Shown piece after piece: positions 17,858 to 29,050 of a stretch of DNA of 64,000 bases; within the stretch, counting starts at the first letter, position 1, and the number at the start of each line of letters is the position of its first letter. Location: contig CAVWGN010000001.1 of assembly GCA_963754655.1 (NCBI GenBank), positions 2,176,001 through 2,240,000 on the forward strand. The letters are read 5' to 3'. The stretch is from an uncultured Chlamydiae bacterium (lineage in GTDB: Bacteria; Chlamydiota; Chlamydiia; Chlamydiales; Parachlamydiaceae). The notes under the pieces were generated by a model. That model saw nothing but the letters and a program-made list of their open reading frames with translations. It was not told the origin of the DNA and made no database searches. The translations under genes and the position numbers were made by a program.

Positions 17858-19699
17858 TTATCCTTCTTCTTTTCTCCCTTGAAAGAAGGCTTGTAAAGCT
17901 GCAATATTAACCTCTGAAATGCCCTTTACTTGTCTCAATTCCTCGGCACTTGCTATTTCAACTTTCTTTAGACTTCCAAGATGAGTTAAAAGTGCTTTGC
18001 GCTTGACAGGACCAATCCCTGGAATATCATCAAGAGTACTACGTAAAGTTTGCTTAGAACGTCGCTTGCGATGAAAGGCAATTGCTACACGATGAGCTTC
18101 ATCACGAATCTTTTGCAACAAAAAGAGAACCGGAGAATTTCTTTTCAAAATAATAGGGTCTTTGCGATCTGGCAAAAAGACCTGCTCTTCTGTCATTCCT
18201 TTATCATGTCTTCCCTGTTCTTTAGCTAAGCCGATAAGATCGACTCCGGTAACATTGAGTTCTTCGAAAACCTTTAAAGCAACGTTTAATTGACCTTTTC
18301 CGCCATCAACAATGACTAGATCGGGTAAGTCATTTTCTTGCTTCGCACGCTTATAGCGACGCATCAACGCCTCGTGCATAGCCACATAGTCATCGGGTTT
18401 GGTCCCCATTTTCAACCGATAAGTGCGATAACGTTTGCTGTCTTTGATTCCATCGGTAAAGACGACCAAGGAAGAAACGGGCTCCGATCCGGCAATATGA
18501 GAGTTATCAATACATTCAATTCGAGAAGGATAGCGAGTGAGTTCCAATTGCTCTTGCATTTCCAATAAAGTTTTTTCACGCAAAGTCTCTTCATTTTTTT
18601 GCGACTTAAAAAGAGCTTCAGCATTCGCTTGCGCCATATCCAATAAAGCTTTTTTTTCTCCTCGCTGCGGCACATGCAGAGTCACTTTACGGTTTTGCCG
18701 TCCAGATAAAATTTCTTCAATACTTTCACGATCGCTTGAAATTGTGGGCAAAAGAAGGGCAGGAGGAATTTCTATTGGCCCTTCATAATATTGCAAGATA
18801 AAAGAACCGAGCAATTCAGCATCCTCTTCTACACTGTTGTGAAAATCAAATTGACGTGATCCAATCAATCTCCCCCCTCGAAACAGAAGTTGAACTAAAA
18901 GAACTTCTTCTCCATGGCGATAAATGCCAATTGCATCAACATCAGGGCCTAAAGGACGGTCAACATGTTGGCTTTCAATTGTTTTTTCAATATGGCGAAT
19001 AGCCTTAAAAATTTGCGCAGCCCTTTCAAACTCTAAATTCTCAGACAAACGATTCATTTCTTCATAGAGATCTTTTAAAACTTCCTTGTCTTGACCACGT
19101 AAAAACTTAATCGTTCTTTCTAAATGATGATGATATTCTTCTTGGGTACATTTTTGTGCACAAGGGCCAGCACAGCGCTTCATTTGATAGAGAAGGCAGG
19201 GACGGCGGATACGTCGGGCCAGTTCTTGATTAGAACACTGCCTCAAGGGAAAAAGACGATTCAACAATTCTAATGTTTGACGTGCAGCTTGAGCACTCGT
19301 ATAAGGACCAAAATAGAGCCCATCAGGTTCAGGCGAACCACGATAGCGCACGAGTTTAACAGTAGGCCAAGATTCCTGAAGGTCAATTTTTAAAGCAATA
19401 TAGCTTTTATCATCTTTAAGTAATGCGTTATAGCGCGGCTTATATTGCTTGATCAAGTTATTTTCAAGTAGCAAAGCCTCCTTTTCAGAGGTCACAACAA
19501 TCGTATCAATATGATCAATTTTGGCAACAAGGTAAGGAACCATGAGGCGACCATCGCGTCCTGCTACAAAATATTGCTTGACACGTTGCCTCAAATTTTT
19601 AGCCTTTCCTACATATAAAACTTCCCCTTGCTGATCTTTCATAAGATAAACGCCAGGCTGCATAGGAAAAAAATTGATCTTTTTGGGGTCAAAAGACAT
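17858..19699 (-). CDS. uvrC: Excinuclease ABC subunit C
   Basis: PGVYLMKD, YVGKAKNLR, RIECIDNS, DGGKGQL, C-terminal HhH; start taken at MSFDP. Confidence 0.97.
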   Translation of the reverse strand: MSFDPKKINFFPMQPGVYLMKDQQGEVLYVGKAKNLRQRVKQYFVAGRDGRLMVPYLVAKIDHIDTIVVTSEKEALLLENNLIKQYKPRYNALLKDDKSYIALKIDLQESWPTVKLVRYRGSPEPDGLYFGPYTSAQAARQTLELLNRLFPLRQCSNQELARRIRRPCLLYQMKRCAGPCAQKCTQEEYHHHLERTIKFLRGQDKEVLKDLYEEMNRLSENLEFERAAQIFKAIRHIEKTIESQHVDRPLGPDVDAIGIYRHGEEVLLVQLLFRGGRLIGSRQFDFHNSVEEDAELLGSFILQYYEGPIEIPPALLLPTISSDRESIEEILSGRQNRKVTLHVPQRGEKKALLDMAQANAEALFKSQKNEETLREKTLLEMQEQLELTRYPSRIECIDNSHIAGSEPVSSLVVFTDGIKDSKRYRTYRLKMGTKPDDYVAMHEALMRRYKRAKQENDLPDLVIVDGGKGQLNVALKVFEELNVTGVDLIGLAKEQGRHDKGMTEEQVFLPDRKDPIILKRNSPVLFLLQKIRDEAHRVAIAFHRKRRSKQTLRSTLDDIPGIGPVKRKALLTHLGSLKKVEIASAEELRQVKGISEVNIAALQAFFQGRKEEG

Positions 19700-19712
19700 A
19701 AATCCATCAATA

Positions 19713-20183
19713 TTAGTAAGATCGTTCAAACTTCATTTGATTTTTGATGGGAGATCTTTTCAATTCTTCTTTTTCTTCGACAATTTTAAGATAGAATTGT
19801 CGAAAGTTATCTTTAAGTCTTCTTCGACAATCCTGTAGATATTCATAAAGTCTTTCCCATTCCCTATCCTTGAGAATTTTCTTTAATGCAATTTGGAAGG
19901 CTTTTTGACTGGTAAAAATCAGCTTTTCATTGCTAATTTCTCTCCAAAGAGTCATCCCCTCTTCTTTTAAATTCTGGACCGTTCGAACAATAAGAGTCTT
20001 ATCGCCTTTAAAATAAGGATCTGTCACCTCTTGAGTAGCCAATCGCCCACGTTGTAAGCGAGTCAAAGAGCGATCGAAAGGGGCCACAACGTTTTTGTCT
20101 TCTCGTTCAATTTTATTGGACGTGAGGACATAGGTATGCGGAAAGTCTGGTCTTCCTGATAAGGAAATAGAATTTATATTCAT
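19713..20183 (-). CDS. Hypothetical protein
   Basis: 156-aa ORF with AAGGA RBS. Confidence 0.6.
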   Translation of the reverse strand: MNINSISLSGRPDFPHTYVLTSNKIEREDKNVVAPFDRSLTRLQRGRLATQEVTDPYFKGDKTLIVRTVQNLKEEGMTLWREISNEKLIFTSQKAFQIALKKILKDREWERLYEYLQDCRRRLKDNFRQFYLKIVEEKEELKRSPIKNQMKFERSY

Positions 20184-20253
20184 AAGAATTCCTTAATCCC
20201 ATCTATGAATTCATACTCCATATTCCTATTTTAACACGGAAAAGAGATTTGTT

Positions 20254-21315
20254 TCAATTTAGAACGGGTAAACGAGAAGCTCCTTGCTTTTCTTGCATGG
20301 CCAATTGACCACAAGCAGCCGCAATATCCTCTCCCTTTGTATAGCGGCAGGTATTGACAATATGAGAACCATAAAGCACGCTACGGAATTGCTTAACTGA
20401 TTTCTTATCTGGACGTTTTAATTTAATCCCAGGAACAGGATTATAAGGAATGAGATTGACTGTGCATTGTTTGCCCTTTAATAGATGTGCTAGCTCTAAA
20501 GCATGGTCGGGGTGATCATTAATGCCAGCTAATAAAGTGTATTCATACGTAATATCACGCTTCGTTTTTTGAGCATATTCATCCATTGCTGCCAAAATAT
20601 CTTCTAATGGATATTTACGTGCATAAGGAATGATCTTTTTGCGAATGTGTTGATTAGGGGCATGTAGAGAAAGAACCAAATTCACTTTAAGTCCCTCTAA
20701 CGACAAACGACGAATCCCCTCCACAATCCCTACTGTAGACACCGTGAGGCGTCTTTGAGAAATATTTAAAAAATCAGGATGACTTAAGAGATAAATGGAC
20801 TTAATAACCGGTTCATAATTTTTAAGTGGCTCCCCCATTCCCATGTAAACAACATGGGAAACCTTTTCGCCCTTGGGAGCCAACCATTGATTAATTTGTA
20901 AAACCTGCTCAATAATTTCAGAGGGTCTTAAATTACGAAAAAACCCCTGCTGCCCTGATGCACAAAACGCACAGCGCGCCGGACATCCCACCTGAGAAGA
21001 CACACAAACCGTACGGCGCGTCCCAGAACAAATTAAAACCGATTCAACCAATTGGCCATCTCGTAGCCGCCAAAGAAATTTAAACGTTTCCCTATCGCTA
21101 GATTCAGTTACTCGTACTCTTTCCAATACCGGTAAACGAATATGAGCACTTAATTTTTCCCTTAGCTCTTTGCTCAAATTCGACATCTCTTGCCAAGATA
21201 ACACTCCCTTTTGGAAAATCCAATCCAAAATCTGCTTGGCATGAAATTCTTTTTCCCCCTGCTCTTTTAACCAGGTCGCCCAGTCTTTGTAATTTAAATC
21301 AGCATAATCTAACAT
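20254..21315 (-). CDS. rlmN: Dual-specificity RNA methyltransferase RlmN (radical SAM)
   Basis: CVSSQVGCPARCAFC, MGMGEP, SLHAP, AACGQL. Confidence 0.96.
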   Translation of the reverse strand: MLDYADLNYKDWATWLKEQGEKEFHAKQILDWIFQKGVLSWQEMSNLSKELREKLSAHIRLPVLERVRVTESSDRETFKFLWRLRDGQLVESVLICSGTRRTVCVSSQVGCPARCAFCASGQQGFFRNLRPSEIIEQVLQINQWLAPKGEKVSHVVYMGMGEPLKNYEPVIKSIYLLSHPDFLNISQRRLTVSTVGIVEGIRRLSLEGLKVNLVLSLHAPNQHIRKKIIPYARKYPLEDILAAMDEYAQKTKRDITYEYTLLAGINDHPDHALELAHLLKGKQCTVNLIPYNPVPGIKLKRPDKKSVKQFRSVLYGSHIVNTCRYTKGEDIAAACGQLAMQEKQGASRLPVLN

Positions 21316-21412
21316 AAAACCAAAATCATAAAAATTTTTAATTTTATGATATCAAAAGTAAAGATATATTTCTAGTTAAACTTCTGCGGTTGAAAAATTG
21401 GATCATTTTCAA

Positions 21413-21440
21413 TTGACTTTTTATTTCATTAAATTATAAT
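21413..21440 (+). promoter_or_regulatory. Near-consensus sigma66 promoter
   Basis: TTGACT-16-TATAAT upstream of 21534. Confidence 0.5.
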
Positions 21441-21533
21441 GATTCTAGCTTTTCAAATTTTAAAAAAATTTCTAACAAAAAATTAAATTATTATTTATTA
21501 GCTCAATTTCATTAAATAAAATAGGAGAGAACG

Positions 21534-21836
21534 ATGTTAAAAAAGATATTAGTCGGTTGCAGTTTAGCCATTTGCGCCGTTAGCGGCTTACAGGCAATGG
21601 AGCAAGACATTTCTCCTTCTACTCCCCTTGAACAAAACAGCATCGAAAAACAAATTCTTGCAAATGAAGAAAGCGACAAAGATCTTAGTCCTGGCGCCTT
21701 AGTTTGCAATGGCAAGGAAGACAAGTGCACGAAAGAGGGAGATCAAGAAGAAACTTCTTCTTCTATCCTTTTCTCTGTTTTCTGCGAAGATCATGAAGAT
21801 GAAGAAAATCTATTAGCCTGCAAAGATTGCCTATAA
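21534..21836 (+). CDS. Small exported acidic Cys-containing protein
   Basis: AGGAG RBS, signal peptide, C-terminal CKDC. Confidence 0.7.
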   Translation: MLKKILVGCSLAICAVSGLQAMEQDISPSTPLEQNSIEKQILANEESDKDLSPGALVCNGKEDKCTKEGDQEETSSSILFSVFCEDHEDEENLLACKDCL

Positions 21837-21895
21837 TTTATCCGAGCGTATAAATAAGACAAAGTCTGTCTGCAGAACTTTGCTTTTGCAGACTC

Positions 21896-22750
21896 TTATT
21901 TTTTTTCAATAAAAGCCATATGCAGGCGTCTCCACCAAAGTTTGATGAAACGCTTGACATCCTTTTGTCTGATTAACCATTTTATCAGTATCCAAACTCC
22001 AAAATAAGCATACAGAGCTTGACCTGTTTCCCAAAAATGACGAATGACCATGGAACTGGTGACATTGCGTAAGTCAAAATCAATGAAGACTCGGCGCAGT
22101 GAAGCATAACGCAGAGAAGGATGGAGGCAAAAGCGGCAGAAAAAATCGAACCCCCCTTGCATGTAAAAATCGGTTCGAAAGAGGCCTAATATTTCAAACA
22201 AATCTTTTTTAAACCAGCAGGCTTGCAAACTCGTCGGCTGCTGTCCATTTTTTAGAAGGGATAAGGTCAGATGACGATAGAGCAATTTAGCTTCTGAGTG
22301 GCCATCGCGTAATAACGTCGCACAATAGATCAAGTCGGGCATTGACTCTTGGATAGCCAAACTCATCACAGACAAAAGAGTTTTGAGATGAATATAAACA
22401 TCTCCAGGCAACAAGACATTAAGATAACTTCCTTTAGCTAAGGCAATACCTTGATTCAAAATAGAATAAAGATCATAGGTAGGAGCAGAATATAGGCGAA
22501 TATAAGAAGAATAACCATTCAAAACTTCTAACGTGCGATCAGTAGAACCAGCATCAATGACGAGAATTTCATAATGGGGATAGTGTTGTTTGATAATGCT
22601 ATCTAAAGTTAAAGGGAGAATTTGAGAACAGTTAAAAGTAGGCACTAAAACGGTGACAAAGGGTAAAGAAGCGCGATCTACTGATAAAGAAGGTATCAAT
22701 TCTGAAAGAAAAGGATTCATAATGTGACTTTCAATTAAAACTTGTGCCAT
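21896..22750 (-). CDS. GT2-family glycosyltransferase
   Basis: VTVLVPTFN, EILVIDAGSTD, NQGIALAKG; start uncertain (22750 or 22720). Confidence 0.85.
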   Translation of the reverse strand: MAQVLIESHIMNPFLSELIPSLSVDRASLPFVTVLVPTFNCSQILPLTLDSIIKQHYPHYEILVIDAGSTDRTLEVLNGYSSYIRLYSAPTYDLYSILNQGIALAKGSYLNVLLPGDVYIHLKTLLSVMSLAIQESMPDLIYCATLLRDGHSEAKLLYRHLTLSLLKNGQQPTSLQACWFKKDLFEILGLFRTDFYMQGGFDFFCRFCLHPSLRYASLRRVFIDFDLRNVTSSMVIRHFWETGQALYAYFGVWILIKWLIRQKDVKRFIKLWWRRLHMAFIEKK

Positions 22751-22803
22751 ATAGATAATTATAATAAACTGGATTTTATTAAAACAACAGGCAATAAAAT
22801 AAA

Positions 22804-23943
22804 ATGATTTCATTTAATTCAACAATTACAAACCTAGGCGCATTTAATACATCTATTCTATGGCAAATAGCTGAAAGCTACTGTAATATAGGACAAACAG
22901 CTTATCGAATCGTAAAAATTGAAGGAAAAAGAATTGATTTAGATCCAACCGATTCCAATTCTAATTTTTTAATAACCTTAGCAAAAATCATTTCTTATTT
23001 CAGTTTGATTTTACCCGCAATCGCTTTATGTATTCGGGAAGGGTATCGAAGATCTTATCAATTTGAAATCATACCTAGGCCATTAGATGAATACAATATT
23101 GAAGAAGATGACTTAAAAGACGAGGTAAATGAACGTCCATGCGTTGATACCGCTTATAAAATAGAAGAAGTCATTACCCAACTTCAACAAGCTCAAAAGG
23201 AAGGAGAATTCAAGCTTGGACTTTTTGTGGGAAGAAGTCAGGATGAAACTATTCCTCAAGAAGAAGGCTGGCTATGGTGCAGTCTAGATAGTAAAGAGAT
23301 CACATCTTCTTTGCATAAACGATTGCATCTATGCATGGATTTTAATGATCAAGAGGAAATGCAAAAAATTCAAAGGCTATTTGATAAGGTGGTTTCTGAT
23401 TTCAGCGTCCTTAAATTCTTTCGTTCTCCATGGAAAACACTCAAAAGCCTCTTAGCGAACAAACCAGATGCTGAATTAGTTGCAGAAGGTTGGGCAGGTT
23501 TTTCAATAGTTAAGTCTATTAATCATCCTATTTACCAAGCGGCACATGCAACGATGGTCACTCCAATCAGTGATATTACGAATTACCATCAAGAAGAAGA
23601 AAGAGTGTTTAATCAATGGAAACAAAACATAGGCGAACAAGCTGTAAATGAACACTATCAAAAATTTCTGACAGACATGCCGGAAGATGAAAAACAAGAA
23701 ACATTACGGATGTATTCAGGAAGTGACCAGGGATTACAATTAAACTTTATGCGCACTATATTGAAACAGAATGGTTTGACACCTCAAAAAATGGACCGTG
23801 TTCCCGAACTTTTAGCAAAAATTAAAGCCTATCTTTTGAGAGATTTTGAAGAAGTCACATTGATGAATGGAGTCTATCCCTATAGAGATAAAAAGGAAGA
23901 AATCATCACTGAGTATTGGATTGCACGCCATCCATTAAATTAA
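22804..23943 (+). CDS. Chlamydial hypothetical protein with DUF648-like N-terminus
   Basis: LAKIISYFSLILPAIALCIR motif typical of chlamydial DUF648-type proteins. Confidence 0.55.
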   Translation: MISFNSTITNLGAFNTSILWQIAESYCNIGQTAYRIVKIEGKRIDLDPTDSNSNFLITLAKIISYFSLILPAIALCIREGYRRSYQFEIIPRPLDEYNIEEDDLKDEVNERPCVDTAYKIEEVITQLQQAQKEGEFKLGLFVGRSQDETIPQEEGWLWCSLDSKEITSSLHKRLHLCMDFNDQEEMQKIQRLFDKVVSDFSVLKFFRSPWKTLKSLLANKPDAELVAEGWAGFSIVKSINHPIYQAAHATMVTPISDITNYHQEEERVFNQWKQNIGEQAVNEHYQKFLTDMPEDEKQETLRMYSGSDQGLQLNFMRTILKQNGLTPQKMDRVPELLAKIKAYLLRDFEEVTLMNGVYPYRDKKEEIITEYWIARHPLN

Positions 23944-24009
23944 TCAATAGATCTATAAAAATAGATCTATAAAATATGAGTTGCGTTTGATGTAAAAATC
24001 TGTTGGAAT

Positions 24010-24110
24010 TAGATGGTTCTCTTGTAGTCCTTCAGACTACATGACGAGGGGGCCATCTAACCCAGGGCGATGCTTTGGGCTATTTCTATTTGAAGCCCTT
24101 CAGGCTTAAA
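24010..24110. repeat. Solo REP-like arm (family B)
   Basis: ttctcttgtagtccttcagactacatgacgagg...cccagggcgatgctttgggctat; homologous to 32367-32410 plus 33652-33690. Confidence 0.75.
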
Positions 24111-24221
24111 GGCGCATAAAAACTATAAAGGATAAAGACTCGCTTTGAGCATGTCCTAACCATACCAAAAACTATAAAGTCTAAAGATGCACTCTGAGCA
24201 TGTTCTAAAAATGCTAAGCAA

Positions 24222-24250
24222 TTGAGATAAATACCTTTCCCATGTAAAAT
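24222..24250 (+). promoter_or_regulatory. sigma66-type promoter of glyQS
   Basis: TTGAGA-17-TAAAAT. Confidence 0.5.
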
Positions 24251-24274
24251 GATTCCTTTTATCTAAGGAAGCAT

Positions 24275-27200
24275 ATGATTACCTTTCAAGAATTTCTAAA
24301 TAGACTCACCGCTTTTTGGGAAAAACAAGGCTGCATTATTCATCAGGGATACGACTTGGAAGTGGGGGCCGGAACATTCAACCCTGCCACTTTTCTGCGT
24401 TGCCTGGGTCCTGAACCTTATCGAGCTGCTTATATCGAGCCCTGCCGCCGCCCAACCGATGGGCGCTATGGAACTAACCCCAATCGTCTACAGCACTATT
24501 TCCAATATCAGGTGATTCTAAAACCTTCGCCGGACAATATTCAAGATTTATACTTGCAATCATTGGAAGCACTAGGATTCAATCTAAAAGAACATGATAT
24601 TCGCTTTGTACATGATGACTGGGAATCTCCCACATTGGGAGCTTGGGGACTTGGATGGGAAATCTGGATGGATGGGATGGAAATCACTCAATTCACCTAT
24701 TTCCAAGCAGTAGGAGGAGTGGAACTTAAGCCCATTACAGGAGAAATTACCTATGGAATTGAACGTCTTGCCATGTATCTTCAGAAAGTCAATAGCATTT
24801 TCGATCTGCAATGGAATCAGGAGCTCACTTATGGCGATATTTATCATCGCAATGAAATAGAATGGAGCCATTACAATTTTGAAAAAGCTTCTACTGCGAT
24901 GTGGCAAAAGCACTTCGAAGATTACGAAAAAGAAGCCAACAAGTTGATTGCAGAACATCTTTCCATTCCTGCTTATGATTTTGTGATGAAAGCTTCTCAT
25001 GCTTTTAATCTTTTAGATGCCCGTGGAGCGATTTCTGTCACTGAGCGAACAGGCTATATTGCCCGGATACGTGATTTAGCCCGTCAAATTGCTGAAACTT
25101 ACATCACAAGCCGCGAAAAACAGGGCTATCCCCTTTTAGCACGTGCCAAAGCCAAGCAAAAACCTTTTTCACCGCTTTCTAAGGATAAACTTTTACTATC
25201 GGAAACACTTCTTAATGCCCATCCAGATCGCAAAGAAGATTATCTTTTAGAAATTGGATCAGAAGAGCTGCCGGCGAGCTTTGTCACGATTGGAGGTCAG
25301 AATTTAGAAAAGCAAATACGCGCATTGTTGGAAAAAGAAGCAATTGCCTTTGAACACATCAGCGTTTACTCCACACCTCGACGCTTAGCGGTCTACGTCC
25401 ATCAATTAGCAATGGGCAAGCCGGCTCAAAGCATTGAAAAAAAAGGTCCCTCAATTGAACAAGCGTTTTCGCCCGATGGTCAGCTCAAGGCTGCTGGAGA
25501 AGGCTTTTTCCGCTCTCTTGGGATTCCAGCTCCAACGTTAGAATCTATCCAGCTAGGTCAAATTTCCGGACTAGAAATGCGTTCTATTAAAGGCTCTTCC
25601 TATTTATTTGGCACTCTCCATCAAAAAGGAAGAGCAACAGCTGTCATCTTGCAAGAACAATTACCTGCTTTGATTCTCAATTTAGAATTTCCCAAGAAAA
25701 TGCGCTGGGGAGAGGTCGACATCACATATGCTCGCCCGCTTCATTGGATTGTTTCGCTTTTTGGCCAAGAGGAAATTCCTTTTCAAGTAGGTCCCCTTCA
25801 AGCTGGACGAACCACTTATGGTCATCGTCTCTTGGCTCCTCAGGCAAATTCTCTCAGGAGAGCGCAAGATTACGTTCAGACTCTCAGTAATTTGTTTGTC
25901 ATGGCAGATTCCAAGAAAAGAGAACAAAGTATTCAAGCCCAGTTAAATGATTTAGAGACTCAACTTAAAGTGAAGATTATTGAACGCGAGCGCGTCATCC
26001 CCCAAGTTCTCAATTTAGTCGAATGGCCGCATCTCACTTCTGCCACTTTCCGACCCGAATTCCTCCGAGCTCCCAAAGAAGTATTGATTTCAGAAATGGT
26101 GGAACATCAAAAATATTTTCCTGTCATCAATCCAGACGGTTCTTTAAAAAATTTATTTATTATTACGGCTAACGTTCCTCCGACTGATCAAATCAGACAA
26201 GGCAATCAACGCGTTTTATCTGCTCGCTTATCAGATGGCGTCTTTCTTTATGAAGAAGATCTCAAATTACGTTTAGAAGATTTTAACGAGAAACTTAAGA
26301 AAGTCACGTTTCAAAAGGAGTTGGGAACAGTCTATCAAAAAGTCGAGCGCATTCTTGCTCATGCCCAGATAATCCAACACATGCTGAAGATTGGCATTCC
26401 GGCCCAAGTTGCACGCGCTGCTTTACTTTCCAAAGCTGATCTAGCCTCTAATATGGTCTATGAATTTCCGGAGTTACAAGGGATAATGGGCACTTATTAT
26501 GCTATCGCGCAGGGAGAAGATCTGGAAGTGGCAAAAGCCATTGACGAGCATTGGATGCCGCGTGGCGAAAACGCTCCATTGCCCGAAACAGAAACAGGAA
26601 CTATTATTAGCTTATCAGATAAATTCGATAACTTATTAGGCTGTTTTAGTTTAGGCTTGAAGCCAACTTCTTCTAGCGATCCTTATGCTTTGCGTCGCCA
26701 GGTTCTTGGAATGATTAAAATTTTGATTAAAGGCAAATATGCGTTGCCGCTCCGCGAATGCCTGCTAGCTTGTGCTGATCATTTTTCTTCGTCTATCATA
26801 AGAAACAAACAGGAAGTCATTGATGAGATTTTAGCTTTTATTACGAATCGGATTAAAACTGTCTTTCAAGAATATGGCTTTCAAAAAGATGAAATTGAGG
26901 CTAGTCTGGCCTATGGCTGTCACGACATTTATGATACGTTTTGTCGAGTCAAAGCGCTGCACGAATTTCGCAAACAAGCCAAAACACAATTTATCTCGCT
27001 ATATGAAGTGTATAAGCGCGCCAAAGGACAACTCAATGGCCATCAAACCAAACATGTCATTCAGGAACACTTGATCGAACCTGCTGAACAACAGCTAAAC
27101 ACTCTTTTAAATTGCCAGCATAGCGCATTCCAAGAGGCTCTGACCAAGCGTGATTATCATCGCGCCTATGCCTTGATTGCGACCATTCAACCTGCTTTAG

Positions 27201-27340
27201 CAGATTTATTTGATCAAGTGAAAATTTTGACAGATGATTCTAAAATTAGAGAAAATCGTTTGGCTTTATTGCACCGTGTTTTTAATTTGTTTAATGAGAT
27301 GTTAGATTTCAGTAAGATTCAATTAACAGAGCAAGGCTAA
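24275..27340 (+). CDS. glyQS: Fused glycyl-tRNA synthetase alpha/beta
   Basis: [23 protein letters not shown], then [10 protein letters not shown] and DPYALRR of the beta subunit. Confidence 0.97.
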   Translation: MITFQEFLNRLTAFWEKQGCIIHQGYDLEVGAGTFNPATFLRCLGPEPYRAAYIEPCRRPTDGRYGTNPNRLQHYFQYQVILKPSPDNIQDLYLQSLEALGFNLKEHDIRFVHDDWESPTLGAWGLGWEIWMDGMEITQFTYFQAVGGVELKPITGEITYGIERLAMYLQKVNSIFDLQWNQELTYGDIYHRNEIEWSHYNFEKASTAMWQKHFEDYEKEANKLIAEHLSIPAYDFVMKASHAFNLLDARGAISVTERTGYIARIRDLARQIAETYITSREKQGYPLLARAKAKQKPFSPLSKDKLLLSETLLNAHPDRKEDYLLEIGSEELPASFVTIGGQNLEKQIRALLEKEAIAFEHISVYSTPRRLAVYVHQLAMGKPAQSIEKKGPSIEQAFSPDGQLKAAGEGFFRSLGIPAPTLESIQLGQISGLEMRSIKGSSYLFGTLHQKGRATAVILQEQLPALILNLEFPKKMRWGEVDITYARPLHWIVSLFGQEEIPFQVGPLQAGRTTYGHRLLAPQANSLRRAQDYVQTLSNLFVMADSKKREQSIQAQLNDLETQLKVKIIERERVIPQVLNLVEWPHLTSATFRPEFLRAPKEVLISEMVEHQKYFPVINPDGSLKNLFIITANVPPTDQIRQGNQRVLSARLSDGVFLYEEDLKLRLEDFNEKLKKVTFQKELGTVYQKVERILAHAQIIQHMLKIGIPAQVARAALLSKADLASNMVYEFPELQGIMGTYYAIAQGEDLEVAKAIDEHWMPRGENAPLPETETGTIISLSDKFDNLLGCFSLGLKPTSSSDPYALRRQVLGMIKILIKGKYALPLRECLLACADHFSSSIIRNKQEVIDEILAFITNRIKTVFQEYGFQKDEIEASLAYGCHDIYDTFCRVKALHEFRKQAKTQFISLYEVYKRAKGQLNGHQTKHVIQEHLIEPAEQQLNTLLNCQHSAFQEALTKRDYHRAYALIATIQPALADLFDQVKILTDDSKIRENRLALLHRVFNLFNEMLDFSKIQLTEQG

Positions 27341-27364
27341 TCGCTTCTAAATTATTGCCACCAT

Positions 27365-28708
27365 TCAGAGAGCGATTGAAGGCGTCAATTCGTAATCAAA
27401 TGTCGTCAAATGACTCTTGATATAGCAATAACCAGGAGAAGCATCTAAACGCAAAGGAAGACCCATAAGTAAATAATGCACCTTCGAAGCGGTGGAACAT
27501 AAAAATCTTGGCCTAAAGGGAAAATTGCTTGAATATGTGGGTGAAGAAAGCAATTGATTCACTATCTTGGTTTCAAGATCATAAGAATAGATTTGAGTAA
27601 CTAGCGAAGATGTTTTAACATTTTCAAAAGCAAAAAATAAGCGATTAAGATGCAAATGGGCTGCAACAAGCAAACCATCAATAGGAGCAACGCAGGTTGC
27701 TAATATTTTCATTTCAAAACCCTTTTCTAAAATTTTAATTTTCACAATCTGGATTTCAGCATTTTTCGTTACCATTGTTATCCCAATAAAATCTTGTCCA
27801 TCGGGTAAAATACAATTAAAACTATAGGATACAGATTCTTTTATCCAATTCACCGGTGTTCCATTCTCCACTATCTGCTGCTTAGTTAGTGAAGCAAGAG
27901 AAGTTGCAAACAACTGATTCTTACTATTCAAAACTAAATACGTCTCTCCAAATACACAATTTAGAGAAGATATTAAGACGTCTTGAGGGATTGAAACTTC
28001 TAATAAATCTGTGGCTGAAGATTTCAGATCAGCAATAGAGATTTTCTCTCTTTTATCTGCCATCCATTCTCTAATATAAAGACTATCTTCTCTAATTGTG
28101 AGCCCAAGAATCTCTTCTTTTACCTCATAGTGCTTTTGAAATTCCCCGTCGTTAGAAAAACAAAATACAGCAGAATCACCCCTTCTATTGCTGACAATAA
28201 AATCATGGGAGCGTGCGACATAGGCAGAGTTTTTATAAATTTTTTTAGGGGCTACCACAATATTTTCGGGAATCTTTATACTAGAAGATGAAGAATGATC
28301 TTTTAATAAAAAACGAGAGATTGAATTTTTTTCTTCGATAAATGAAAAGACTTCAATTCCTGCCTGGCTACCATAGGCATCACCAAATACCGCTCCAGTA
28401 AATTCTTCATTTTTCTCTACAGGCATATTCTTTATCCATTGTGTCAATTGGCGAAATTGGCGAGCCAATAATCCTTCAGATTGAGTGATAAGGTTGCAGG
28501 GGTCAAGAAGAAGCTTCTGAAATCCAATGGAGGAAATAAGGGATTGGCAAAAAGAAAGGGAATTAATTAATGTGTGATAATTTTTTGCTGTTGATCCAAA
28601 AGCTAAACATCCCTTCAAACTGTCACAGACAGTTTGATTGGTAAAACGTCCCTCATTCTCCTCTGGTAAAAAAAACTTGGGAATAATTGCAGAATCGATA
28701 GTATTCAT
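27365..28708 (-). CDS. Hypothetical protein, possibly degenerate F-box plus beta-rich domain
   Basis: 447-aa ORF with GGAG RBS; SLKGCLAFGSTAKNYHTLI near the N-terminus. Confidence 0.55.
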   Translation of the reverse strand: MNTIDSAIIPKFFLPEENEGRFTNQTVCDSLKGCLAFGSTAKNYHTLINSLSFCQSLISSIGFQKLLLDPCNLITQSEGLLARQFRQLTQWIKNMPVEKNEEFTGAVFGDAYGSQAGIEVFSFIEEKNSISRFLLKDHSSSSSIKIPENIVVAPKKIYKNSAYVARSHDFIVSNRRGDSAVFCFSNDGEFQKHYEVKEEILGLTIREDSLYIREWMADKREKISIADLKSSATDLLEVSIPQDVLISSLNCVFGETYLVLNSKNQLFATSLASLTKQQIVENGTPVNWIKESVSYSFNCILPDGQDFIGITMVTKNAEIQIVKIKILEKGFEMKILATCVAPIDGLLVAAHLHLNRLFFAFENVKTSSLVTQIYSYDLETKIVNQLLSSPTYSSNFPFRPRFLCSTASKVHYLLMGLPLRLDASPGYCYIKSHLTTFDYELTPSIAL

Positions 28709-28798
28709 GGCATCTCCTTTAATGTTTGGAGCAATGAGGATAACACCAAAAATGAGAAAAAGAAAAACATTTTATTTCATTACTTTGGATACACATTC

Positions 28799-28945
28799 CT
28801 AGTAAATCCATTACATTAGTTCTAGCCTATTGGGATGGGTTCAAACTCCCGATGCGTTAAGCTAAGAGATGACGTTAAGCTAAGAGATGACGTTAAGCTA
28901 AGCGACGCCTTCAGTCGCCCGCCGCTTCGTTCTGAGACTGATGTA
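28799..28945. mobile_element. Degenerate solo arm of the CTAG-ended element, containing an 18-bp tandem repeat
   Basis: ctagtaaatccattacattag end; (cgttaagctaagagatga)x2; gctaagcgacgccttcagtcgcccgccgcttcg as in 41960-42000. Confidence 0.7.
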
Positions 28946-29005
28946 TAGGGGCAGTTGAGATGACTACCTAAACTTCTTACATTTAACGAAATTTAAAAAG
29001 TAAAA

Positions 29006-29041
29006 TTCACTATGCATAGGCTACTGCATATACATAGTGAA
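29006..29041. terminator. Hairpin downstream of 29051..29698
   Basis: ttcactatg...catagtgaa imperfect stem. Confidence 0.4.
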
Positions 29042-29050
29042 CGCTTGAAA

